In this document: piece after piece, positions 52,822 through 64,000 of the stretch
Layout of the letters: each line of letters opens with the position of its first letter
Numbering within the stretch: the first letter of the stretch is position 1
Assembly (NCBI RefSeq): GCF_006345805.1
Contig: NC_043008.1
Location: 30,442,001-30,506,000, forward strand
Reading direction: 5' to 3'
Length of the DNA: 64,000 nucleotides
DNA from: Octopus sinensis
Taxonomy: Eukaryota
The notes under the pieces: generated by a model
Database searches by the model: none
What the model was told of the DNA's origin: nothing
What the model saw: the letters and a program-made list of their open reading frames with translations, nothing else
Made by a program: the position numbers and the translations under genes

Positions 52822-54059
52822 GTAAGTAGATTTTTATGCATTGTTTTATGTTAAGCATTCAAAAGTTATAAGATATTACTTTGTGAACTTGTTTTGTCGT
52901 TTCAAATATGTCATTAACGCTGTTCATTTACAGTTATTTTTCTTGTTTGTGATATATCATAATCGTTACTGTATTGCTCTTGGTAAAATGCAGAAGGTAC
53001 GTACCACAGAGCCGAAAGACGAAATTGCGTTTGAGGTGCTAGATTGCGAGTATTTCTGAAATGTTTTACATTTCTTGGCTCATTTCACCCAACTCAAAGC
53101 ATACATCTTGTTTAAACTACAATTTACTCCGGCAAAAATTTCGAGGATTGTATAAGCGATGTTAACGATGTCTACATCAGAACGTAATTGAAATGCTATG
53201 CAAGCCACTACGTAATACGGAAAGCCCCCATTTAGTATTCAGCAACATTTACCCAAGATTAAAGCCGTTCTATTGAAAAATATTGAATATTTGAAACAAT
53301 GTAGTAAATACGTATTTCACTGGATTAATTTTCTAATATAAAACATATTACTAGTCTTAAAATTAACGACAGAAATGTAATTTAGTGAATATCTGATCCT
53401 TGAAAAATTGCTTGAGTAGTAAGGTTTTTTTTATATTATTAAAGAATCAGAGGGTTTTGAAATCAAACATGGCTATATAATTAGTATTTTAGAGTTCCCT
53501 ATATTTTGTCTCATTATCATTTAATTCTCGGACAATCATTTACTTTCTAATTTATATACTTTTCATAATACTGTTACTTAAGGTAAAGTACAAGCTTGAG
53601 TACAACATCAATAATACTAACCGTTTTGTAATGGATAAAGCTACTTCATTACAATGTTAATGATGACGGTGTTCATTAAAAAATGTCATTGTAGATATAT
53701 GTGGCGATGGTGCAGTTTTACATTTTTATAATATGAATATAATTTAAAGGTAGTTATACTGAATTATCTCGACACGAATATATTGCAAGAAATTCGACAC
53801 CTTAGTTTGGAGCTTCCTGACGAGAGACATGTCGTTGCGCTCTTCGCTTGTTATCAGTAATGTTTACTTCTATTTCCTACTATATTATACTGGAGGATTG
53901 GCAGTAGAACGTCGCAGAATAAAAAAAATTCTTACTCATCACGATCTGGTTTCAAACCCCAGCAAGGTCAGCTTTGCCTGAAGTCCTAGTTACGTACTAG
54001 GTTCGATGGATTCGACTAACGGCCTCATATTATATATCTTTCACCGAGGGGAAACAAAA

Positions 54060-54520
54060 CGTACACAAAACGTCTAAAATGCATAGCATCCGAGAATTGC
54101 TGAATTGTGGTGTCACCTCGAACAGCTATTGTCGTTTCCACGAGGAATTTGGTTATTGATCGAATCTATCGAGACGACCACCTCACTAAGGCAAGTGAGG
54201 GTCGTGCATCTAACTGACTTGCCGAATGATTTTGTATGGTGGCCGTGGGTGAGAAATTTGCGGACAGTCTTTGCTTAGGTCAATCCTTGAACTTTTCCAT
54301 GTTTCACTTCGAAGGGAAAGTGAAAATGGAATGGGAGTGTTATCCAACAATCAATTTGTTAAACGACGGCGAACTGTGGTAAGATCGGTTGGGGTGAATG
54401 GAACTTGTTTTTGAATGCACCTATATAGTGCACCTCAGCAGATTAATGAGGACTCGTGGCAGTGAGAGTTGAGGGATTTGGGATATGTGATTGATTGGCA
54501 ATAGTTTAGAACAGCAACGA
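54060..54520 (+). mobile_element. Degenerate second Tx1/L1-like 3' fragment, same family as 6150-6834
   Basis: PRIAELWCHLEQLLS and FHFEGKVKME..VLSNNQFVKR..VVRSVGVNGT parallel the 6150-6834 copy. Confidence 0.6.
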
Positions 54521-55346
54521 TTATGCATTCAAATATTTTGTGCTCTATGTATATCTCTTATCTCATTTCCACGACTTCGCTTTTTCCTCATCTCTTTTGT
54601 GTGAACTCCTCACAGATTGTAAATTTTCCATGCTTTTGCTCTCCACATGGTCTCCCTAAGGCTGATTCCCAACGGGAGGGCGCATGCCCAACCGTTATGG
54701 CATGGTAATATTTCGGTGAGGCATGCGTAGGGTTATGTTGACTTTGTACATTTTGTACACAATGTTTAGTATACCAATAGAGAAAGGGGGAAATTCGAGA
54801 ATAAGTTATATAATTCTTTATATCCCTTCTGTGAACAATTCTATCAAATTTTGGATACTTTAGAGAGAACATCATACTCATAAGATCTGATGTCACTAAG
54901 GAGGGAATAGATTATTTCCTTCGATTTAGTGGTATGTGAAAATACGTAGGCATGTGTGTGTATGTGTATGTGTATGTGTGTGTGTATGTGTGTGTGTGTG
55001 TGTGTGCGTGCATGCGTGTATGTAGTATAGAACTGGTCAGTACTGAAAGTAATGCAATCTTAATTCCCTATGGAGAAATAAACTGGAGACAGACTTATGT
55101 GTGCGAGTGTCTAACAGTATTGACTCTTTTATCTCAGGCAACGAAAATCTAGGTTCACTTCAAAAATGTGGTGCTGCAATGTTGATGGGGCAATAAATGG
55201 CGTTGGGGTGAGGGATGAAAGAATTGAATGGTGTGGTGTTAGGTTGAAATGGAGTGGAAGTAAGGAGTAGCGTCAGTGAAGGAAAAGAAAGTGGCAGAGA
55301 TAGAGAAAAAAGACAGAGAGAAACAGGCAGACAGACAGATAGACAA

Positions 55347-55415
<69 letters not shown>

Positions 55416-57307
55416 GAAAGAGAGCGAGAGAGAGAGAGAGAGAGAATTATGGTAACACACATATACACACGTGCGCGCGCATATATATATGAACACAGAT
55501 GAAAATTAACAGGTCATTTTATTCCCACCAGTCAGTTTGTGAATTCAGCAAAAAAGTTAGGAAAAATCTTCCATCATTGATACAAAGGCTTTCGCAGCTG
55601 ACAAAAATCACGGAAAATGTTTTGTTTCATTTTCATATTTTCCGAGAGTATATACTGAAAATGTTTTGAAGAAACTGTTGAAAAATTTAATTGAAATGAA
55701 ATCTCTTCGTGTTTGATTAAAAATACATAAAATAGTGCAAATAAAAGAAAGCTCGTCAATATTCAGAGGAATATTTAAAATTTGGATTTATACCAGCTAT
55801 CCACGATAGCGGTCACCAAGATATGGTAGAAAAACTCGGATCTTGTGAATATTCCGAAGTCCTCTCTCCACTCCTTCGATAAGATTTTCCCATAAATTTC
55901 TTTATAATCGTAATCTATGCTGTTTGAAAGGTATTTATATAAAATTTCATTAACAAAAAACCTTTTCGTAAAAGTTATGGGGGAAAAACTCGGATCTTGT
56001 GAATTTTCTGAAGTTCTCTCTCTTCCCACCACACGTTACTTTCGGCAATTTTTTTTCCTATTCTTTTCCTACACATTTTTTTACATCCTTTGCACTATTT
56101 TTTTAATTTTGTTTCCGGATAATATTGTAAACTTTAACCAAATTTTGAATAATCAAAGGGAAATATCACAAGGAGGTATCAGGATATTAGAAATGATTCG
56201 GTGGGGGATGGCCAAAATTTGGTTGTGAATCACTGTCCTAGGGTGAAAAAAGAAATTATTATTAGTAACAGTAGTAAGGCAACGAGCTGGCAGAATCAGT
56301 GGCACGCTGGAGATTTTTAGCGTTCTTTCGTCTGTCATTATCTTCGAATACAAATTCCATCCGAGACGACTTTGCTTTACACGCTTTCGAGGTCAGGAAA
56401 ATGAGCAACATTGGAGTGCTGGAGTCGATGCCAAGGCTAACCCGCAATCATAAAATTGCGATCATTATTATTAGTTGTAGTAGTATCCTTAATAATACTA
56501 ATATTACTACTACTACTATTTTACTAGTAGGGGTGGATGAGAAGGCGAAATTTCAATCATCTACATTTTCAGCGAAGTAGGATATTGTTTCTAAGATGGT
56601 GATTTGGTTGAACCTAGAACTTGGTTGTTTCTTATTTTCTTCAAATGTGATACAAAAAAAAAAGCGAAGCTGATCGATCCTAATAAGTTATAAACAGGAA
56701 CTGTAAAAGGGATTAAGTAAATACTACACGGCATTTTTGTACGTCATTGTAGCAACTGTTGGGAAGAAGTAGTAGTTTACTTCAGTTAGAAAATTATTAT
56801 AAATTGCTTCTGTAGGATTAAAAATATATCTGATAGAGAATAAATATAGCTAACGTAAATACGTTGGAAACTGTGTACCGCCTTAAAGAACGCTAGAAGG
56901 CATAAAACAGAAGCAAAAATGCCTGACAACTCTGTTGATGAAGCTGCAACTAAATAGCAAAAATTCATAAAACAAAATGAATTGGATGTTACAAGTTGCT
57001 ATGTTATGGTAATTACAAGTAAAGTATATATAACTAAAAATAAAATGATTGAACAAAAAGAAACAGAGAAGAATTCAACGTAGATTCAGAAATCAAGATT
57101 AAGAGTAGGAATAAAGGAGTTGGAGGTGCATTCTGTTTTGAAGCTGTTAAAATATAATAAAAATGCAACAACGTGGTTTCACGTTCAGTCCCATTATATT
57201 ACAACATGAGCAAGAGATTTCTATTTACTTGAGTGTGGGCCCGCCAATTCGTTAATTTGTTGAGAGCGAATTTCATAGATTTGGCAGACGCAAACTGTAT
57301 GGAAGCC

Positions 57308-57473
<166 letters not shown>

Positions 57474-57540
57474 ATATATATATATATATAGATATAGATA
57501 TATATATATATTATATATATATATATATAATATTATATAT

Positions 57541-57586
<46 letters not shown>

Positions 57587-57806
57587 AAGAGTGTTACACA
57601 CATATATATATATATATATACACACAAATACATGTATATGTATATGTATGTATATGTATATAAATATATATATATATACCAATCCATAATGCGTGTGCGC
57701 ATTTTTATGTGTTTATATATATGTGGGCATACGTATCTTTCTTGTTCTCTCCACACCGCTTGATAGACTGTGTTGGTTTATTTACTTGCGCCAGAAGTGC
57801 TCGATA

Positions 57807-57854
<48 letters not shown>

Positions 57855-57999
57855 ATGAACACAACCTGGCGTAATTTTGATTGAGTAAATCCTGCAAGAT
57901 GGTACCCAGCATGACCACAGTCCAATGCCTAATAAAGTAAAAGAATAAAAGAATTCTTGTTATCACAAGGTAGTACGTGTGGTATTTGAGACGACAACC

Positions 58000-58600
58000 T
58001 TGAGACTATATTTCTGGATGGCCAATTCCTCATGCAAACATGCTTCACTGAAGGAAATTGCAACGTTATTTATTCATGTCTGAAGAAAGCTCATATAAGC
58101 ATAAAACAAAACGGTCTAAATATAAACTGCAACCATACCTTGGAATATACCGGCTTTCACTGACAGTGAAATAACATCATAAAAATCATATCACCGAGAT
58201 ATTATAGTGAAAGTCTTTTGGGCAATAAAATGTTTCTGCTAGACATATCAATCATAGCAGACAACAATATATCGCTAAACCAAACGGAAGAATTGCCCAA
58301 ATACGAAGACTTGGAAATCTCCCAAATGGGAGGAATGATAAGACAGGCAATCTGTGTGATAAGTACGATAGAAATTTAAAGTGTCACAAACTCCCTGATC
58401 AAACAACCACTCACACGCTCACACACAGACACACACACGCACGCACATATACACACACATACATACACATACATAAACGCCGATACAGAATTGTACAAAC
58501 GCACACAAAGTAATTTACAAAATATAAAGCACACAGAAGCTGCACTGATAGGAAAAATACGAACAATGCCAGAAATAAAAAAAAACATTTTGCACAGGGA
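58000..58600 (+). mobile_element. Degenerate R4/Dong-like RLE fragment interrupted by (CA)n
   Basis: KCFLLDISIIADNNISLNQTEELPKYEDLEI at about 58237-58325 aligns by eye with the RLE at 44617-44925. Confidence 0.65.
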
Positions 58601-58921
58601 CACAGAATAGATTAAAAGCTACCCTCATTTACATGGCTATGAGTTTAGGATGTAAATATGATATCACAAGTACTACTCCAACTAATACTACTACTATTAC
58701 TACTACTGAGGAGGAGAAGGGAGGAGGAGGGAGGAGGATTCAAATTTTCGCACGAGGCCAGCAATTTAGGGGGAGGGAGAAAGTCAAATTCATCCACCCC
58801 AGTATTTAACGGGTATTTATTTTACCCGGAAAGCGTAAAATGCAAAGTGGAGCTGGGCGGAATTTGAACACAGAACGTAATGAAATGCAGTTAAGCATTT
58901 TGCCTGGCGTGCTAACGATTC

Positions 58922-59004
<83 letters not shown>

Positions 59005-59005
<1 letters not shown>

Positions 59006-59400
59006 CACTGATCATGTCTCGATGTGCACGCCTCCATGTGCAGGCATGATAGAGAGCAATGTATATTCACTGGGTAATTTACAAAAACCTGGACCTACCT
59101 CATGATAAAAACTGGAGGGAACACAAACCACTTCTAGTGCTTGAAAATGATCACATCTCACTCCTCTGGAACTTCACCGTTCAAACTGACAGAAATATAG
59201 ATGCGAATAGGCCAGACATTATATTGAGGGATTTCAAGCCAAAATCACGCCTCTTCATTGATATGACTGTCCCAATCAACATAAATATATATGTCAAGAC
59301 CTCCCAAAAACTGACCAAGTATAAAGATATATTGAAATAGAAATTGGCAAAATGTGAAACCTCAAGACTAAAACAATATCTGTTGTCATAGAAATGCTAA
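59005..59400 (+). mobile_element. R4/Dong-like RLE fragment directly after (TAA)n
   Basis: YIHWVIYKNL...WREHKP..LENDHISLLWNFTVQTDRNIDANRPDIILRD...FIDMTVP...KLTKYKD contains the RPD..D..K..KY RLE motif; preceded by (TAA)n 58922-59004. Confidence 0.85.
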
Positions 59401-59984
59401 ATTTTAAGAAGCACTCGTTCGGGTTATATATTGTGAGTGTAGCCTATCGCATCGTTCTTGAAAAAACAAAATCCTGAGAATGTGTGGAATAGTATATAAT
59501 ATTCTCAATTTACTCTAAAAGAGCACGGAACCCTGGGAAATAGAGCTAACAGAAAGAAATGAATAACTTAAAGAATTTCAAAATATAAAAAATAATTTTT
59601 CAAGATGACAGCTTTTACTGCGACTGCTCATAATTGGGTTGATCCAAAAAGTGACTGAAAGAGGAGAAATAAGGAACAAATGGAAAGAAGTGGAACTGCA
59701 TGACCAATTCCTGTTCTCACACAGTTTGTCTCTCTTATTCCTCCCATTTGGAAGATTTTCACTGGTAATTATTTTACCCCGAAAAGCTGAAAGGCAAAGT
59801 TGACTTTAGTGGAATTTGAACTCAGAACGCGAAGACAGATGAAATGCCGCTAAGCATTTTGCGCAGCCTACTAACGGCTCTGCTAAGATGTTGGAAGTGA
59901 AGTCCATTACTTTCCGTTGACTGACGGAATTTTGTAATGAGAAACAGAAGCGTTAAACTGTTTACACTGAGGAGGAAGCTCGTA

Positions 59985-60550
59985 GAACGAATTTGATAAA
60001 GGCAAAGGTCAAAAAAATTTAGTCAAGGGTAAATGTAGAATCTGCATAAAGGAGACGAGTGTAGGTAAAATAGTGCATTGGTATGTTAGTCAAGTACGTG
60101 TCTTCAAATAAATAGAAAAGTGGTATGAACATGAGCTAGAGGCTGTGATAGAAAATGAGAATGACAAGATCTTATGGGACTTCACCATAAAGACTGACCA
60201 TACTATTGAGGCAAGAAGACCAGACATAAGATAATAAATGTTGCAATTCCCTATGATAACAGAGTCGATACCAAAAATGTTGAAAGTGTTGAGAAATACG
60301 ATGATCTAGCCAGAGAGCTGAGAAGATTGTGGAAGACCAAGACAATAATTATTCCTGTAGTAATAGGTGCACTTGGCACAACATCCGAAATGCAACCTAA
60401 AAGACTGACAGGAATTAGAATTGAAACTTGCAGAAAAGTACAATCTTATATTCTACCAGAATCCGAAGAAAAATTTTTGAGATTTGAGAAGACTTGTCAC
60501 CAAACCTCAAGATAAAACACCTGCTAACTAAATTATCATGCGCTAACGTA
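59985..60550 (+). mobile_element. R4/Dong-like RLE fragment
   Basis: KCRIC, KWYEHE..VIENENDKILWDFTIKTDHTIEARRPDI, EKYDDLARELRRLWKTKTIIIPVVIGALG across frameshifts. Confidence 0.8.
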
Positions 60551-61302
60551 ATAATACTAAAGATGAGAAGAAAAGAAGACAGAGGGGGAGGAGGAGAACA
60601 ACAACAACAAAAACAACATCGTCAACAATTCAGTTTAATGAACGTATAAAGTGACACCTAATAGTTATGCAGTCTGTAGCAAAATACGTAAATGCATTTT
60701 AATAGTATGTAGGCTCTTTAACATATAGCTTCTCAGTAGTAAACTACTTAGCCTCAATATGTAGCGCGTTGTTCCGCAGTGAGAGTTTGGTTGGTAAAGT
60801 TTTAAGTAGGTAGGTTGGACGTAGATAGATAGGTAGGTCGGTATGCATCTGTCTATATGTACTTATATTCTTATTATATTCTTATTATATGTGCGTATGT
60901 GTGTGCGTATGAATATATATGCATATGTGTGTTTAACAACAAAAAGAAAGAATGAAAACAACTGGTTACAGCCTTGACAGTAAATAGTAATTTAGAAATT
61001 CTCAATTGCTTCCACACAATTGATATTAAATGCAGAACAGCAATCGTGAAAGTAATATTCAAGATTGAAGATCACGATATTGTGTCTAAAAGTTATTTTC
61101 ATTTCTTGGAAATTATCCAAATCCAGAAATATGCTATCCATCTGGAAATATTTAAAACATGAATTACCGTACATACAAATTTTTCAGTAGGTCACAGATG
61201 GTTCCATGCATCAACTTACTCTCAGGTTGCTTCGTTTCTGTGTTTTTCACATAGTTTTTAAAATCACATTCAAGGTGCAGCGGCTAATTTTAAAAGAATA
61301 TA

Positions 61303-61844
61303 TTGGGTTGTCCCGAAAGTTCGTGCCGATTTTTAAGCGAAAGAAAAAGGTCAATAAATGCTTGCCATTACATTTTTAATCTATCAAATATGAACCATTT
61401 TGTTGCACAAAGCGTCTCCATCTTTCCTTTAACTTGAAAATACCTTCTTCCCAGAATTGAGGTGGATTCATGGCAAAGAATTCATCAAGGTATCTTTTTA
61501 CGTCATCCAAGGAATTGAAATTTTTACCATTAAGACTATTCTGCAGAGACCTGAATAAGAGGAAATCCGAAGTAGCAATATCTGGTGAATATGGAGGGTG
61601 GGGCAACTTTTGTTTGGTTCCCAAAGCATCAAGTGCCGAAAATGAACTTTTTTATCTTCCATTTTAAAGGATTACAGAATTAACACAGGTTATAGGAAAA
61701 TGCATCTTCTTCCACGCAAAGATAGCTTATACTGCTATCTAAATGGAGGTGTAATCAGATCCTATTTTATGGACTCAAACATGTTCTAAAATAAGTCGAA
61801 AGTTAAGCTTCTATAAATCGGCACGAACTTTCCGAACAACCCAA
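61303..61844 (-). mobile_element. Internally deleted mariner element (542 bp) with both TIRs and TA target-site duplication
   Basis: TA|ttgggttgtcccgaaagttcgtgccgattt ... aaatcggcacgaactttccgaacaacccaa|TA. The minus-strand ORF 61376-61624 contains LPHPPYSPDIATSDFLLFRSL...WEEGIFKLKERW (YSPDL motif and third catalytic Asp). Confidence 0.93.
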
Positions 61845-62647
61845 TACAATATCAGAAAGTGAGACGGTTGCATGTTAACTTTCTACAATAAGAGGTTTGC
61901 GCCAAAAATGCGGTAAGGTATATATCGGAGATGATGTTAGTTTTGCAAAAAATATTATGGTTTAACCGATAAATAGATATTCAGCTGAAACAACATCAAA
62001 CGCTTATCTTACATACTTCAAGATCTGAACAATTGCTATCGTGTGATATTAGAAAAGAAAACATACGGTTCCTACAGCACAAGCTCTCACAAACTCAACA
62101 CTGGGCACATAAATGTATGAGACAATGGGTTGACCAGTTGCGGAACATAAACTTCGTTAAATAAGAAGCATAAATAATTTTGTATATATTTTAGTCAAAA
62201 TTTTATCTAAATGTTAAACTAATCTCACAACAAAATGAAAATGATCGAGTGCACAAATCTTTTCTACACTCCGAGAAACACTGCTCCCAATATAAACCTC
62301 AGGAAACACGAATGGCCGCTTGATGCTGCATAAGAAATGCTTATGAAACTAACTGCGGTAGCGGTGGCGGTGGCGGTGGCGGTGGTGGTTGCGCTGGAGG
62401 TGGCGGTGGTGGTGGTGGTTTTGGTGTGGTAGCGGTGGCGGTGGTTGTCGTTGTCGTCGTTGTTGTAGTCTTCGTTGTTGTAGTCTTCGTTGCGGATGGT
62501 GATGGTGGTGATGCTGTTGATGATTAAGATAATGGTGATCATGGGAATGAGGAAGTTGGTGAGAAGAAGAAGTAGAAGAAGAAGAAGAAGAAGAAGAAGC
62601 AGAAGAAGAAGAAGAAGAAGAAGAAGAAGAAGAAGAAGAAGAAGAAG

Positions 62648-62678
<31 letters not shown>

Positions 62679-63637
62679 CTATAACAAAGCAAGAAGAAAC
62701 AATTACAGCCAGGTTTTACTGAGGTATTTAGAGATATTTTAGAAAGATATGACAAGATGAAAACATTCAGACGAATAACCAACACAGTTGCAATTGTCAT
62801 GTCGAGAGTAATGGAGGACACCCTGAAGAAATAGTAAATGAATTCGTTTCCACATCCATAATAACTATGTAGATAAAAGCAATTGAAAGGAAGTTCTGGA
62901 GATAGATAAGAGTCTTACCAATACGTAGTAAACTAGACAGAGAAGATTGAAATATTAGAAACAAGAGGGGAAAAGAATAAGTTTTAGGAATAGACGCACG
63001 ATATTATATCAAACAAGAAAGGAAATTACTAAGAGAACAGAGAGATTTACAACGATATATTTTAACAAAGCTACAATTTATCAAATGGATTAAAAACTGT
63101 GAACGTCTCTTTAATATGCTAGATGAAAGAAACCTTACAAGAATCTACTGAATATTAAATAAAATAACCACAACAATAAATGGAATAAACGAATCAGCCA
63201 CCAGATTAAGAGACAAAGAAAAACTGAGGAAGTTTATGAAAGAATACCTTTAGTATAATTCAAAATAAAACATTAGATTACAGAAAATCCTAGCATTACA
63301 AATCGAACTTTGTTATTTATATGCGTGTGTATATATATATACACACACACATACGCGCACACACGCATACACACACATCCTGGATGTATATATATATATA
63401 TATATAATATACATATATGCATACACATATTATGAATGCATGAATGTATATACATGTATATACACACACACATATTATGCATGTATGTATAGTTGTGTCA
63501 GAACATAGAATACTGATTTATTTATCATGTGAGAACCTATGTTTATACTCGTGTTAATATCGTTGACGGAAGATAACCGTTAGCTATGGACTGCCAGAAC
63601 ACGTGATTTAGCATGTCTTTCTATTTGTCAATGACAG

Positions 63638-63711
63638 ACGTCCAGAGCAGACATAGCAGCCAATTTCCCCGCGAATCGGGATGTGAAATATCAGCGTCTA
63701 TTCACGTACTG
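63638..63711 (+). CDS. Weak candidate exon downstream of the Ig exon
   Basis: gtctttctatttgtcaatgacag|ACGTCC...GTACTG|gtaaag; open in phase 1 (NVQSRHSSQFPRESGCEISASIHVL); less AT-rich than the flanks. No homology recognised. Confidence 0.2.
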
Positions 63712-63794
63712 GTAAAGTGATATAACACAGGTCCAAATAAGAAGTCCTCTCGTGACACATAGCACACTAATACGTGTTCTAACACAACATACAC

Positions 63795-63864
<70 letters not shown>

Positions 63865-64000
63865 ATACGTATAGGTGCAGGCGTGATAGTGTGGTAAGAT
63901 ACTTGCTTTCCAATCGCATGGTTGACGGTTCAATCTTGTAGCGTCGACCAAAATTTTGTTAGTGGATCTGGTTGACAGAATAAACTGTGTGAGTGTCTTT

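Noticed and set aside
55139-55200. Acceptor with branch-point-like ctaac as a candidate terminal exon of the Ig gene
   Set aside because: The phase-1 reading gives only SNENLGSLQKCGAAMLMGQ-stop, with no anchor signal and no supporting homology.
62264-62821. 185-aa minus ORF with poly-L and Thr/Ala runs
   Set aside because: It is a translation of (GAA)n and (GGT/GGC)n microsatellites.

Overview
AT-rich, microsatellite-saturated eukaryotic genomic DNA, most likely from a coleoid cephalopod (Octopus-like). That assignment rests on my recognition of the SINE families and on microsatellite density, not on a database search. Almost all ORFs in the supplied track are microsatellite or antisense artefacts. 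The only well-supported host coding sequence is a 297-nt phase 1-1 immunoglobulin-domain exon (+, 52525-52821; resembles Ig2 of zig-8/DPR-like two-Ig proteins). A 24-nt phase-symmetric microexon candidate 47 kb upstream (5441-5464) and weaker exon candidates suggest the window is mostly intron of one large Ig gene. The rest is a transposon landscape: two convergent Penelope-like (Neptune-type) retroelement fragments with degenerate hammerhead ribozyme motifs, (TA)n-flanked foldback palindromes (one with a hammerhead-like motif at its centre), R4/Dong-like RLE LINE fragments beside (TAA)n tracts, two Tx1/L1-like 3' ends, a young CR1-like 3' end sitting in the loop of a hammerhead-like motif, two mariner remnants, several MITEs and three tRNA-derived SINE families. 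No prokaryotic-type system, CRISPR array, rRNA or genuine tRNA gene was seen. The findings are candidate leads, not an established new system.
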